Notes under the pieces: model-generated | Seen by the model: only the letters and a program-made list of their open reading frames with translations | Database searches by the model: none | Told to the model about the DNA's origin: nothing | Position numbers and translations under genes: made by a program | Shown: one piece after another, positions 10,988 through 20,461 of the stretch | Layout: each line of letters starts with the position of its first letter | Position numbering within the stretch: the stretch's first letter is position 1 | Source: Candidatus Cloacimonadales bacterium | GTDB lineage: Bacteria; Cloacimonadota; Cloacimonadia; Cloacimonadales; JAFGVF01 | Assembly (NCBI GenBank): GCA_963663475.2 | Contig: CAXXJV010000001.1 | Location: forward strand, 672,001 to 736,000 | DNA length: 64,000 nt | Direction: 5' to 3'

Positions 10988-12063
10988 TGGCTTACTTAGA
11001 GATGAATGTAGAGTCTTTAAAATATAACTACCAATACCTAGATAAAATTTTCACTGAAAATGATATTAAATGGTCTATTGTGACTAAAGTACTATGTGGA
11101 AATAAAACCTTTCTAACAGAACTACTTAAGTTGGGTATGACTGAAGTTTGCGACTCCAGAATCTCTAATTTGAAGAATATCAAAGCCATAAATAATAAAA
11201 TTGAAACAATTTATATCAAACCTCCTTCCAAAAGAGATGTTCCTAATATTGTAAAATATGCGGATATAAGCGTTAATACAGAAATTTCTACTATCAGAGC
11301 CTTGGCTAGAGCTGCTAAAAAGCAAAATAAGACCCATAAAATTATTATTATGATTGAGATGGGTGAGCTGAGAGAAGGTGTCTTAAGAGATGATTTTATC
11401 GACTTCTATGAAAAAGTCTTCAAACTTGACAATATCAAGGTTGTGGGGATAGGAACTAACTTCTCCTGCCTTTATGGTGTCTTACCAAATCCTGATAAAC
11501 TTATTCAATTATCCTTATATGAACAGCTTATCGAAGCAAAATTTAACAGACAGATTCCATATGTGTCTGGTGGTAGCTCTGTGGTATTCCCTCTAGTTCT
11601 TAATGGAACCCTTCCTAAGGGGATTAACCATTTCCGCCTAGGTGAAACCCTTTATTTGGGCACAAATGTCTATAATGATAGTAAAATAAAAGATATGGCC
11701 CACGATATTTTTACCCTGCATGTGGAAATTATCGAGCTTATTGAAAAGCCTAAAGTTCCTACAGGTAACTTCGGAACTAACTTAGAAGGACATTCCTATG
11801 ACTTTGATCCGGCTGATGCTTCTGATACTTCCTATCGGGCTATTATTGGTCTAGGACTCCTTGATGTAGATGATAAACACCTCTGGTGTGATGATAAATC
11901 CTTGGAATTCGTGGGAGCTAGCTCTGATATGATTGTTATGGATTTGAAAAATAATCCTAAGAAATATAAGGTTGGTGATGAACTTACCTTTAGTATGGAC
12001 TATATGGGCTTGCTTAAACTTATGAATTCTAAATATATAGATAAGAAGGTTGTGAATAACTAG
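10987..12063 (+). CDS. PLP-dependent alanine/ornithine racemase-family enzyme
   Basis: VTKVLCG (PLP lysine), DSRISN, MGELREG, SGGSS and GASSD motifs. Confidence 0.85.
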   Translation: MAYLEMNVESLKYNYQYLDKIFTENDIKWSIVTKVLCGNKTFLTELLKLGMTEVCDSRISNLKNIKAINNKIETIYIKPPSKRDVPNIVKYADISVNTEISTIRALARAAKKQNKTHKIIIMIEMGELREGVLRDDFIDFYEKVFKLDNIKVVGIGTNFSCLYGVLPNPDKLIQLSLYEQLIEAKFNRQIPYVSGGSSVVFPLVLNGTLPKGINHFRLGETLYLGTNVYNDSKIKDMAHDIFTLHVEIIELIEKPKVPTGNFGTNLEGHSYDFDPADASDTSYRAIIGLGLLDVDDKHLWCDDKSLEFVGASSDMIVMDLKNNPKKYKVGDELTFSMDYMGLLKLMNSKYIDKKVVNN

Positions 12064-12086
12064 ACCGAGGATAGCTGGTTTTAAGA

Positions 12087-12151
12087 AGAAAGATGGTTCA
12101 AACTGTTATGTCGAGCAAGCTGATCACATTTTCAGTATGAACCTTCTTTCT
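12087..12151. terminator. Inverted repeat between convergent genes, possible bidirectional terminator
   Basis: AGAAAGATGGTTCAAACTG pairs with CAGTATGAACCTTCTTTCT (17/19). Confidence 0.4.
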
Positions 12152-12623
12152 CTCCATCTCTCTATCACTCCGTCACCACGTCTTTGAGCCGAAAGGCGAA
12201 AACCTTCTCTTGTAGGCAGTTCTTTACTGCCTACTGCGGGCAAGGATGCCCGCCTTCCCAGTTAGTCCCGCGACCCAATCCGTAACCGCTTTATTATCTG
12301 CATAAGCGCGGGCTGGAATCCCGCGACCCAAATACGGGCAGACTTTTAGCAAGCTAATTTTTTCCTAAACTCTGTGTAACTCTGTGATTACCTCTGTGAA
12401 CTCTGTGTTAAGGTTCTTAAAAAATCCGTGAAATTCGTGAAATCCGTGGATAGATTTCTTTTGTAGGCAGTATTATACTGCCTACTGCGGGCAAGGATGC
12501 CCGCCTTCCCAGTTAGTCCCGCATCCCAGTTAGAATCTTCTTATTTTTCACTTTTCATTTTTAATTCTTCATTCTTGCGAAGCAAGCATACCCGCCTTCC
12601 CAGTTAATGCCGAAAGGTGAAAA
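12149..12623 (-). repeat. Intergenic mosaic repeat array in reverse orientation
   Basis: Reverse complements of the modules at 8.4 kb and 16.7-17.3 kb. It begins right after the stop codon of the minus-strand gene. Confidence 0.9.
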
Positions 12624-13241
12624 TCATTTCAAGACACTAATCGTAATTCCATCACCCACTGGTAGGATAGTAGATTCCAGCAAGGGGTGTTTCATAACAT
12701 AATGGTTATATTCATCCATAGGTTTTGCTAATCTATCTTTAAAGCCAAGGGGTATAAAGAGTGTATCATCGGCATAGATAAGTCCTTTAGGGTTGAGAAG
12801 ATTAATACAATCATCGATGATTTTATTATAGAGAGGTTTATTGGAATCAATAATAATGATATCATATTTTTCTTTTTGTTCTTTAACAAAGTCAAGGGCA
12901 TCACCATTAACCACATCAATAATATCTTCTAAACCTGCACTTTTTATATTTTCAATATTTTCTTTTACAAATCTATGATCAATTTCGATTGTAGTTAAGT
13001 GGCCATTAGTTTGGCGTAAGGCTTGTCCAGCCCAAATTGCAGAATAGCCAAGACAGGTTCCTATCTCTAAAACTCGCTTAGCATCCTTAAGTATAATAAA
13101 GCAGGAGAGTAATTTAGCCCCCTGTTTAGTAATATTAGGTTGGACATTGATTCTTGTCTGATGAGCCTCTTCTAGACTTATCAGAAGGTCATTAGGATAG
13201 TCTATAAATGCATCAATATAGTCATTAATTTTATCTTTCAT
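12624..13241 (-). CDS. SAM-dependent O-methyltransferase (caffeoyl-CoA OMT/TrmR-like)
   Basis: VLEIGTCLGYSAIW, YDIIIIDSNK and PVGDGI motifs. Confidence 0.9.
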   Translation of the reverse strand: MKDKINDYIDAFIDYPNDLLISLEEAHQTRINVQPNITKQGAKLLSCFIILKDAKRVLEIGTCLGYSAIWAGQALRQTNGHLTTIEIDHRFVKENIENIKSAGLEDIIDVVNGDALDFVKEQKEKYDIIIIDSNKPLYNKIIDDCINLLNPKGLIYADDTLFIPLGFKDRLAKPMDEYNHYVMKHPLLESTILPVGDGITISVLK

Positions 13242-13693
13242 AAGGTCCTCAACTGTAATTTATAAATTATTTTATTGACATTTAGTTAATTATTCAAAAT
13301 ATTTACCATTATGTAATAGTAAGGTAACTCATTGATAGAGTTTAGTACATCATTTTAGTATGTCATAAACTGACAACTAATTTTTGAAATATTAATGAGC
13401 AGTCTTTACTAGACTTGGACTATAAATTTTGGAAGGAATATATGTAAGAGGGTAATAGGTCTATAGTTACGCCTTAATTTGCCTAATACATAATTAAATA
13501 ATAACACTAAACCAGATAGTTTAGTAGAGCTTTGGTGAAGAGTGCAGATTATTCTAGCAAAATAGCTTACAGAATTTTGACGCATATAATTTTATATTCG
13601 GAGAAATTATGCAAGTTACTTTTGCAGAAGAACATAGTACTATTCATAAAGATCTACTGCATTATTTTGGTTAAACCCAGATAGGTAATCATA

Positions 13694-15037
13694 ATGGAAA
13701 AATCAAGAATTCTGATAGCTGATGATGACTATATTTTTTGTGAATTAACTAAGTATATCTTAACTGAGAATAATTTTGATGTGGTTTTAGCTAATAACAG
13801 TGATACAGCAATCAAATATATCAAGGAAAATCCCTGTGATTTAATATTATTAGATCTACATTTTCCTGATTATCAAACAGGTATTAGTAGCCTAGAGAGT
13901 CTTCATACTAGCAATAAAGATATCCCAATTATAATTATTACCAGCGATAATCTGGGCTTGGTCAATAGGTTTCCTGATTTAGTAAGGAAGGGAGCTTATG
14001 ATGTTATTGAAAAGCCAATTCAAGAAGAAAGGCTAATCTTAACTCTCAAAAATGCTCTAAATCATTATAGTTTAAAAAATAAGAAAGCCCTTCATCCTAA
14101 GGCAGAATTTCTTTATCTACTAGGAAACTCCAATCAAATAAGAAAGGTTAGAGAAAAGGTTGAGAACCAACTTAACACAGAGAATAATTTAATTATTTAT
14201 GGAGATAAAGGGACTGGTATCAAGAATATCATCAACAAACTGCATGATAATTCTTCCAGATCAACTAAGAAGATATACACTATTGAGTGTTCAAAATTAA
14301 CCAATAAAGATATGGAGATTGAGTTATTTGGACATCCAACAGAAAGAAATTATGAAAAAAAGTTTAGAGAACTAAAAATTATCCAAGCAGAGAAGTCTTT
14401 TTTTGTGATTAATGATCTTCATTTAATGCCCTTAAAGATTCAAGAAAAGTTGGCTAGAACTCTCCAAGGAAGAAAACTTAAAAATCTGGGCGGGAGAAGT
14501 CTTGAAAATATTGATGTTAAATTAATCTTAACAACAAGCAAGAAGAATTATAGTAAGCCTTTTTCCCCTAATCTCTGCCCACTCCTGGTTAATTTATGTG
14601 AAGATGAACTAATCTTACCTTCACTTGAAGAAAGAGTAGAGGATATTCCTTTATTAGTTAAACATCTGATAAATTCCTATAACCAGACAACTGATTTACA
14701 TGTTACTATTCAGCCTTCAGCCTTAAAAAACCTAGTTAATCACAAATGGAAGAATAATGTTACTGAACTTCAAAAAGTAATGCTTAGAATTTTACATGAA
14801 ATAGATAGTAATGAAATAACTAACAAAGATATTATTTTTAATGAAGAATCAGTGGAATATTTTATACCTTTAACTTTTAAAGAAGCTATTAGAAATTATG
14901 AAAAAATATATTTAGAGCAAATTATGAATTACCATGATTGGTCTTTAAATGATGCTGCCAAAACATTAAATATCGATAGATCAAATCTCTTTAAAAAGTT
15001 ACAAAGACATGGTATAAAAATAAGAAAAAAACGCTAA
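13694..15037 (+). CDS. NtrC/NtrX-like response regulator with degenerate AAA+ domain
   Basis: Receiver (ADDD, LLDL, EKP), ELFGH, PSLEERVEDIP and a Fis-type HTH. The Walker and GAFTGA motifs are degenerate. Confidence 0.85.
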   Translation: MEKSRILIADDDYIFCELTKYILTENNFDVVLANNSDTAIKYIKENPCDLILLDLHFPDYQTGISSLESLHTSNKDIPIIIITSDNLGLVNRFPDLVRKGAYDVIEKPIQEERLILTLKNALNHYSLKNKKALHPKAEFLYLLGNSNQIRKVREKVENQLNTENNLIIYGDKGTGIKNIINKLHDNSSRSTKKIYTIECSKLTNKDMEIELFGHPTERNYEKKFRELKIIQAEKSFFVINDLHLMPLKIQEKLARTLQGRKLKNLGGRSLENIDVKLILTTSKKNYSKPFSPNLCPLLVNLCEDELILPSLEERVEDIPLLVKHLINSYNQTTDLHVTIQPSALKNLVNHKWKNNVTELQKVMLRILHEIDSNEITNKDIIFNEESVEYFIPLTFKEAIRNYEKIYLEQIMNYHDWSLNDAAKTLNIDRSNLFKKLQRHGIKIRKKR

Positions 15038-15048
15038 ATCTCCTTGTT

Positions 15049-15410
15049 TTATCCACAAGTTATCCACATAGGTTAAAAATAAAGAATCTCCTGCTTTTTT
15101 ACCATAGTTAAACTATTAAATATTAGTAGATTATAAAAATTCCTAAGGAAATATTAAAAGGAGGAAAAACTTATTCTTTCGTTACTTTTCCACACTAGTG
15201 GATAAGTATATGTGAATACTTAAGGATAAGTAGAGAATTAGATTAAATATACTCAGAGAGAAGTGTATAAATAAGGATAACTTTTACCCTTATCCACAAG
15301 TTATCCTCAATTACAATGAATTTTAAGAGGCTTATTTTGCAGTTTCTTATAATTTCTCTTGACGACTTATCCATATATCCACACAGACTACTACTAATAC
15401 TAATTAATAA
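15049..15410. promoter_or_regulatory. Candidate chromosomal replication origin (oriC): DnaA boxes plus DnaA-trios
   Basis: TTATCCACA at 15049, 15060 and 15290. Near-matches at 15186, 15197(rc), 15262(rc), 15301, 15367 and 15375. CTACTACTAATACTA at 15388, followed by an AT-rich tract. Confidence 0.8.
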
Positions 15411-15429
15411 AAAGAAAAGGTAATATAAT

Positions 15430-16665
15430 ATGTATTTAATGATTAAGAGACTTTTATTTTGGCTGACTTTTACACTTGTTCTATTTGCTTGTAATAACAA
15501 AGAAAATAACATTAATATTACTCAGTCAGACCTGCATCCAATGTCAGGACAATTCACTTCCTTCTCTCAAGAATTTTCTTTCAAAGACCAAATTGATGTT
15601 AATGGAGAAAACTACAAACTTCTTATAGCAAATACAGAAGAAATTCAATCACAAGCTGTAATTTCTTTTGCCTACCTACCAGAAAATGTTGAATATATAG
15701 CAAATGCTACTTTAACTCTTTATACTGATTTAAAACCTTATGGTGATATGGAATTCAAAATTAAGAGATTAGAACAAGATTATTTAGAATCTGAAGCAAA
15801 CTGGCTACAAGCAAGTCAAGATGTAGATTGGGATGAAAATCTTATTTTTACTAGTCAAACTCCCCCTATAACCCTTACTGATACTATTGCTGCTTCCCTA
15901 GATTCTCTAGTTTTTAATATTCCAGCTGATGAGATAAAGACTTGGACTCAAACCGACCAAACCCTCTTTTCCTTAATAATATATACAGATTCAGATAATT
16001 ATATAGAAATTTATTCTTCAGAAAACTCTAAAAACCCTGTCTTAAAATTCAACTATATGCTAAATAGTGAAACTGAAGAGAAGACCTATGAGAGAAATGC
16101 CTTCAAGGATACCTATATTGTTAATGATAAGCAGGAAACAGACCAAACATGGTCTTCAATACTAACTATAGGTAATATGCCTCCTAAGAGGGCTTATTTT
16201 AAGTTTGACGTAGATACTGATATGATTGCAAGTGGAAGTGACCAAACTTTAACAGACTTTCAAAAAGAACATATTACTATAAATAGTGCTTATGTGAGAT
16301 TCTATGTAAAAGATTTTTCCTTCTTTGAAGGGAATAGAAATGTTTATATTACTCCTTGGAGAGTTAAAGAAGAGATTAGTCAGGCCTCAAATATTGATTC
16401 TGATATGCTTGAATACTTGGTTAATACTGGTACTAGCCTAGCTACTATTAAGTCTAACCCAGATTCTACTCAGTATATCGATGTGAAAATAACCCCTATT
16501 TTACAAGGCTTTATAACAGGTGAAAAAGATAACTTCGGAATTGTTATGACTTCATCATATCAGTCTAGTAACTTCGATCAAATTGAGCTGTGGGGTAAGG
16601 ATGCGGAAGATGCAGACTTAAGACCTAAGGTGCATTTTATCTATACGCTACCTATGGAGGAGTAG
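15430..16665 (+). CDS. Lipoprotein of unknown function (DUF4270/DNRLRE-like beta domains)
   Basis: Lipobox LFAC; ESEANW, YSSENSKNPVL and C-terminal RPKVHFIYT. Confidence 0.55.
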   Translation: MYLMIKRLLFWLTFTLVLFACNNKENNINITQSDLHPMSGQFTSFSQEFSFKDQIDVNGENYKLLIANTEEIQSQAVISFAYLPENVEYIANATLTLYTDLKPYGDMEFKIKRLEQDYLESEANWLQASQDVDWDENLIFTSQTPPITLTDTIAASLDSLVFNIPADEIKTWTQTDQTLFSLIIYTDSDNYIEIYSSENSKNPVLKFNYMLNSETEEKTYERNAFKDTYIVNDKQETDQTWSSILTIGNMPPKRAYFKFDVDTDMIASGSDQTLTDFQKEHITINSAYVRFYVKDFSFFEGNRNVYITPWRVKEEISQASNIDSDMLEYLVNTGTSLATIKSNPDSTQYIDVKITPILQGFITGEKDNFGIVMTSSYQSSNFDQIELWGKDAEDADLRPKVHFIYTLPMEE

Positions 16666-16666
16666 G

Positions 16667-16930
16667 TTTTCGCCTTTCGGCTCAAAGATGCTTGCTTGGC
16701 AAGAATGAAGAATTAAAAATGAAAAGTGAAAAATAAGAAGAAAGAAGATTCTTTACACGAATTAACTCGAATTAAGACGAATTTCACGAATAAGAGGGTT
16801 TTCGCCTTTCGGCTCAAAGATGCTTGCTTGGCAAGAATGAAGAATTAAAAATGAAAAGTGAAAAATAAGAAGAAAGAAGATTCTTTACACGAATTAACTC
16901 GAATTAAGACGAATTTCACGAATAAGAGGA
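16667..16930 (+). repeat. 132-bp tandem duplication of repeat modules (two copies plus the start of a third)
   Basis: TTTTCGCCTTTCGGCTCAAAGA starts at 16667, 16799 and 16931, with essentially identical sequence between. Confidence 0.92.
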
Positions 16931-17394
16931 TTTTCGCCTTTCGGCTCAAAGACGGGGTGATGGAGAGACAGGGTGATAGTGAGAAAGAAGATTCTAACTG
17001 TGTGCGGGACTAACTGGGAAGGCGGGCATCCTTGCCCGCAGTAGGCAGTATAATACTGCCTACAAGAGAAGTCTATCCACTGATTTCACGGATTTTTTAA
17101 GAACCTTAACACAGAGTTCACAGAGGTTATCACAGAGATTCACAGAGTTTTAATAAGGAAGAATAAGCCACCGAAAAAACCGATAATAATACGTGATTTA
17201 CCACAAAGGCACGAAGACACAAAAGGAAAAGAAGATTCTAACTGGGAATGCGGGACTAACTGGGAATGCGGGCATCCCTGCCCGCGGTTATGCAGATTAC
17301 AAGTGGTTACGGGAATGGGGCACGGGATTGTCTCTTAATTCCCCTTTCAGCTCGTAAGAGCGGTATGAGAGGGGTGCCGTAAGGCGGGGAGAGT
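16931..17394 (+). repeat. Intergenic mosaic repeat array preceding the IS3 element
   Basis: 8-mer, REP-like and 9-mer modules, plus a CCCCTTTC..GAGAGGGG element at 17335-17394. Confidence 0.88.
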
Positions 17395-17461
17395 AAACAT
17401 GTGTCGTTCTGTGTCGTTCCATAAAAGTGGACTAGAAAATTAAACAAACTAGGAGCTTGAA

Positions 17462-17884
17462 ATGGAAAGAAAAAAGAATATGACTCATAAGATTCAAAAG
17501 ACCTATAGTGAAAGTTTTAAAATTAAAGTTGTTGACGAAATAGAGAAGGGAGATTTAACTCAAGCTGGAGCTTGTAGACTTTACAATATTTCAGATAGCA
17601 ATGTGAGTAGATGGGTTGCCAATTATGGTATGAATGAACGAGTGGGAAAAAAGGTGGTAGTTATGACCGATAGAGAAATACGTGAATCTGACCTTTTAAG
17701 GAAAGAGAATAAGCAGTTAAAACGAGCATTAGAAGATAGTCAGTTCTCCAACGAAGTTCTAGAGAAATATATTCATTATATTGCAGAACAAAATGGTATT
17801 GATTTAAAAAAAAAGATCGATTCAGGTTTATCAGAAGATACTCAAAAACTCTTGATTTCAAGGTTGCTAAAAGGTCAGGAATAA
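17462..17884 (+). CDS. IS3 transposase OrfA (HTH)
   Basis: YSESFKIKVV..ACRLYNI..VSRWV HTH and a leucine-zipper-like LRKENKQLK. Confidence 0.88.
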   Translation: MERKKNMTHKIQKTYSESFKIKVVDEIEKGDLTQAGACRLYNISDSNVSRWVANYGMNERVGKKVVVMTDREIRESDLLRKENKQLKRALEDSQFSNEVLEKYIHYIAEQNGIDLKKKIDSGLSEDTQKLLISRLLKGQE

Positions 17885-17889
17885 GCCAA

Positions 17890-18675
17890 ATGTGTAGTTT
17901 ATTACAAGTATCTAAATCAGGTTACTATAAATATCTTCAAACTGTCTCCCAGAGTTCTACAAATGACTCCCTATGTCTTTCCAGAGTTAAACAATATAGA
18001 AAAATTCAGCCTTATGCAGGCACTTATAAATGTTGGAAAATGCTACATAATGATGGTTTTAAAATTGGGAGAAATCATCTTAACTGCCTGCTTAAAGAAC
18101 ATAATATGTTGATCAGGAAGAAGAAGAAATATTGCAAAACTTCAATATCAGATGGTAGTAAGGTATATCCTAATTTACTTAAAGATACCGAAGTAAAGAG
18201 GAAAAATCAAGTTTGGGTAACTGATATTACTTATATTTCTAAAGGCAAAGGGTTTTATTATTTGTTTTTGCTAAGTGATATGTATACTAGACAGATATTG
18301 GATTATGAAGTTTCTTCTAATATGTTGACTGATAATCATATAAGGATGTTAAAAAGACAGCTAAACCATGTTGATAATGCTAACGATCTTATTCATCATT
18401 CAGATCATGGTTCTCAATATACAAGTAATGAGACTATTAGCCTTCTGAAAAAGCATGGTATAAAGATTAGTATGACTGGTGATGGTAAATGCTATGATAA
18501 CCCTATTGCTGAAAGAATAAACTGCACAATGAAGCATGAATTTGGTTTAAATCGGACATTTAGCACTATAGAAAGTCTTAAAAAAGCTACTAAAGATGCA
18601 GTAATGATCTATAACTCTCAGAGACTTCACAAAAGTTTGGGGTATTTTACTCCAAATGATTTTGCAAATCATTAA
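17890..18675 (+). CDS. IS3 transposase OrfB (DDE), joined to OrfA by a -1 frameshift at the A9G site at 17806-17815
   Basis: WVTDITY, HHSDHGSQY and DNPIAERIN motifs. The -1 frame is open from the A-run to 17890. Confidence 0.92.
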   Translation: MCSLLQVSKSGYYKYLQTVSQSSTNDSLCLSRVKQYRKIQPYAGTYKCWKMLHNDGFKIGRNHLNCLLKEHNMLIRKKKKYCKTSISDGSKVYPNLLKDTEVKRKNQVWVTDITYISKGKGFYYLFLLSDMYTRQILDYEVSSNMLTDNHIRMLKRQLNHVDNANDLIHHSDHGSQYTSNETISLLKKHGIKISMTGDGKCYDNPIAERINCTMKHEFGLNRTFSTIESLKKATKDAVMIYNSQRLHKSLGYFTPNDFANH

Positions 18676-18875
18676 AAGAGGTTACCAGATGATGAACAGA
18701 TACTTAGCTGAATGTATTTTCTTTTGGAAAATGCGACTAAATTACGAATGCAAAATGGAGTCGACAACAGAACTCAAAAGTATGAGTAAATGTCTCATTT
18801 TTCAAAAGAGATACATGACTCAGGATACATAAAAAAGGTGTCCACTATATTGGTACTTGACAACATTCCCCTTTC

Positions 18876-19096
18876 CAGCCCGCGGTTACACAGATAATAA
18901 AGCGGTTACGGATTGGGTCGCGGGATTCTAGCCCGCGGTTACGCAGATAATAAAGCGGTTACGGATTGGGTCGCGGGATTAACTGGGAAGGCGGGCATCC
19001 TTGCCCGCAGTAGGCAGTATAGAACTGCCTACAAGAAGAAATTACAAGCACTCACACGTGCTTGTTGCGGGCAAGGATGCCCGCCTTCCCAGTTAA
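18876..19096. repeat. REP-like hairpin repeat cluster
   Basis: CGCGGG-ATTCTAG-CCCGCG units, GCGGGCATCCTTGCCCGC in both orientations, and GTAGGCAGT-n6-ACTGCCTAC. Confidence 0.9.
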
Positions 19097-19204
19097 CCCA
19101 TCTCCCCATTACCAATAAAAAAATCTATCATTTGACAAAAATATCTTAATTATAATATTGTTAATCGACACGGTAAAATTGCAATAAAAGGAAAGAAAAT
19201 AAAT

Positions 19205-20461
19205 ATGAAAAGACAGGTTTTACTCATAATAATCTTGCTAGTTTCACTTATGGCAGGGGCAGAAGTTATAGACAGAATTATAGCTAAAGTAGGAAATGAC
19301 ATAATATTACAGTCTGATTTAGAAAAGCAAATAATGCAGATGCAAAACTCTGGTATGTTAGATGATACAATGACAGAGCAAGCCATTCTTGAACAGATGG
19401 TAGAATTCAAACTTGTAGTCCAAAAAGCTAAAGAATTAGATTATGTTGTAAATGAAGATCAAATTGCTGCCATGGCTCAAAGAAGGATAGAAGAAATTAG
19501 AAAAAACTTTGATTCCGAAACAGCCTTCCTAAATGAACTTAAAAAAAGTAATATGAATAGGTTTGACCTGCTTAATTATTTCAAAGATATGTTAAAAGAA
19601 CAATCTCTTAGAGAACAAGTTATTCGCTATGAAGTAGATTCCAAAATTCAAGTAAGTGATGAAGAAATTCAAGACTTCTATGATCAGCATATTGATGAAA
19701 TTCCCTTAAGACAAGCTTCCTACAAGTTAGGAATGATTCTTATGCAAATTAAAGCTAGTGATAAAACTAAAGAAAAAAGGTATGCAGAGTTAGAAGAAAT
19801 CCTTGAAAGAATTAGCAGAGGTGAATCTTTTGCAGAACTAGCAAAAAAATATAGTGACTGTGGTTCAGCTGCAGCTGGTGGAGATTTAGGTTACTTCGGA
19901 AGAGGGGAAATGGTTAAGAACTTTGAAAATACAGCCTTCTCCCTTAAACCAGGTCAGGTATCTGATATTATCGAAACTCAGTTTGGCTATCATATTATCA
20001 AACTTGAAGACATTAAAGAAAATCAAGTTAGGGCACGACATATCCTTAAAGACTTAACACCTACAAAGTTAGACTCTCTTGCCTACTACAAACTAATGCA
20101 AGAAATTGTGGAAAAATATCAACAAGGACAAGATTTTGCTTCATTGGCAAGACAGTATTCAGATGATCAAGCTTCAGCTCTCCAAGATGGTGTGATTGGT
20201 ATCTTCCCACATGGACAATACCCTCCTCTCTATGAAGAATATTTTAAAGACTTACAACTTGGTCAAATATCTGATATAATTCAAATTCAAGACATGTATT
20301 ATATTTTTGCTAATCTTGAAGATGTACCTGAAGGAGTCTATGAATTAGATGAGATAAAAGATAGGGTAAAAGAAATGGCCTTTATGGAAAAGAAACAAGC
20401 ATTTTACCAAGATTGGATAAAGCAAATTAAAAACGATATCTATGTTGAAATCACCTATTAA
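19205..20461 (+). CDS. surA: SurA-like parvulin peptidyl-prolyl isomerase chaperone
   Basis: Signal peptide, DRIIAKVGNDIIL, and two rotamase domains (FAELAKKYSD..GGDLGYF..ETQFGYHII). Confidence 0.88.
   Translation: MKRQVLLIIILLVSLMAGAEVIDRIIAKVGNDIILQSDLEKQIMQMQNSGMLDDTMTEQAILEQMVEFKLVVQKAKELDYVVNEDQIAAMAQRRIEEIRKNFDSETAFLNELKKSNMNRFDLLNYFKDMLKEQSLREQVIRYEVDSKIQVSDEEIQDFYDQHIDEIPLRQASYKLGMILMQIKASDKTKEKRYAELEEILERISRGESFAELAKKYSDCGSAAAGGDLGYFGRGEMVKNFENTAFSLKPGQVSDIIETQFGYHIIKLEDIKENQVRARHILKDLTPTKLDSLAYYKLMQEIVEKYQQGQDFASLARQYSDDQASALQDGVIGIFPHGQYPPLYEEYFKDLQLGQISDIIQIQDMYYIFANLEDVPEGVYELDEIKDRVKEMAFMEKKQAFYQDWIKQIKNDIYVEITY

Larger units (their letters stand above)
17400..18862 (+). mobile_element. 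IS3-family insertion sequence
   Basis: TG...CA ends with an imperfect 23-bp IR (17410-17432 vs 18840-18862, 16/23). Flanked by ACA on both sides; orfA/orfB organisation. Confidence 0.9.

Noticed and set aside
15243-15512. Minus-strand 89-aa ORF
   Set aside because: It overlaps the DnaA boxes and the lipoprotein start, and has no recognisable protein features.
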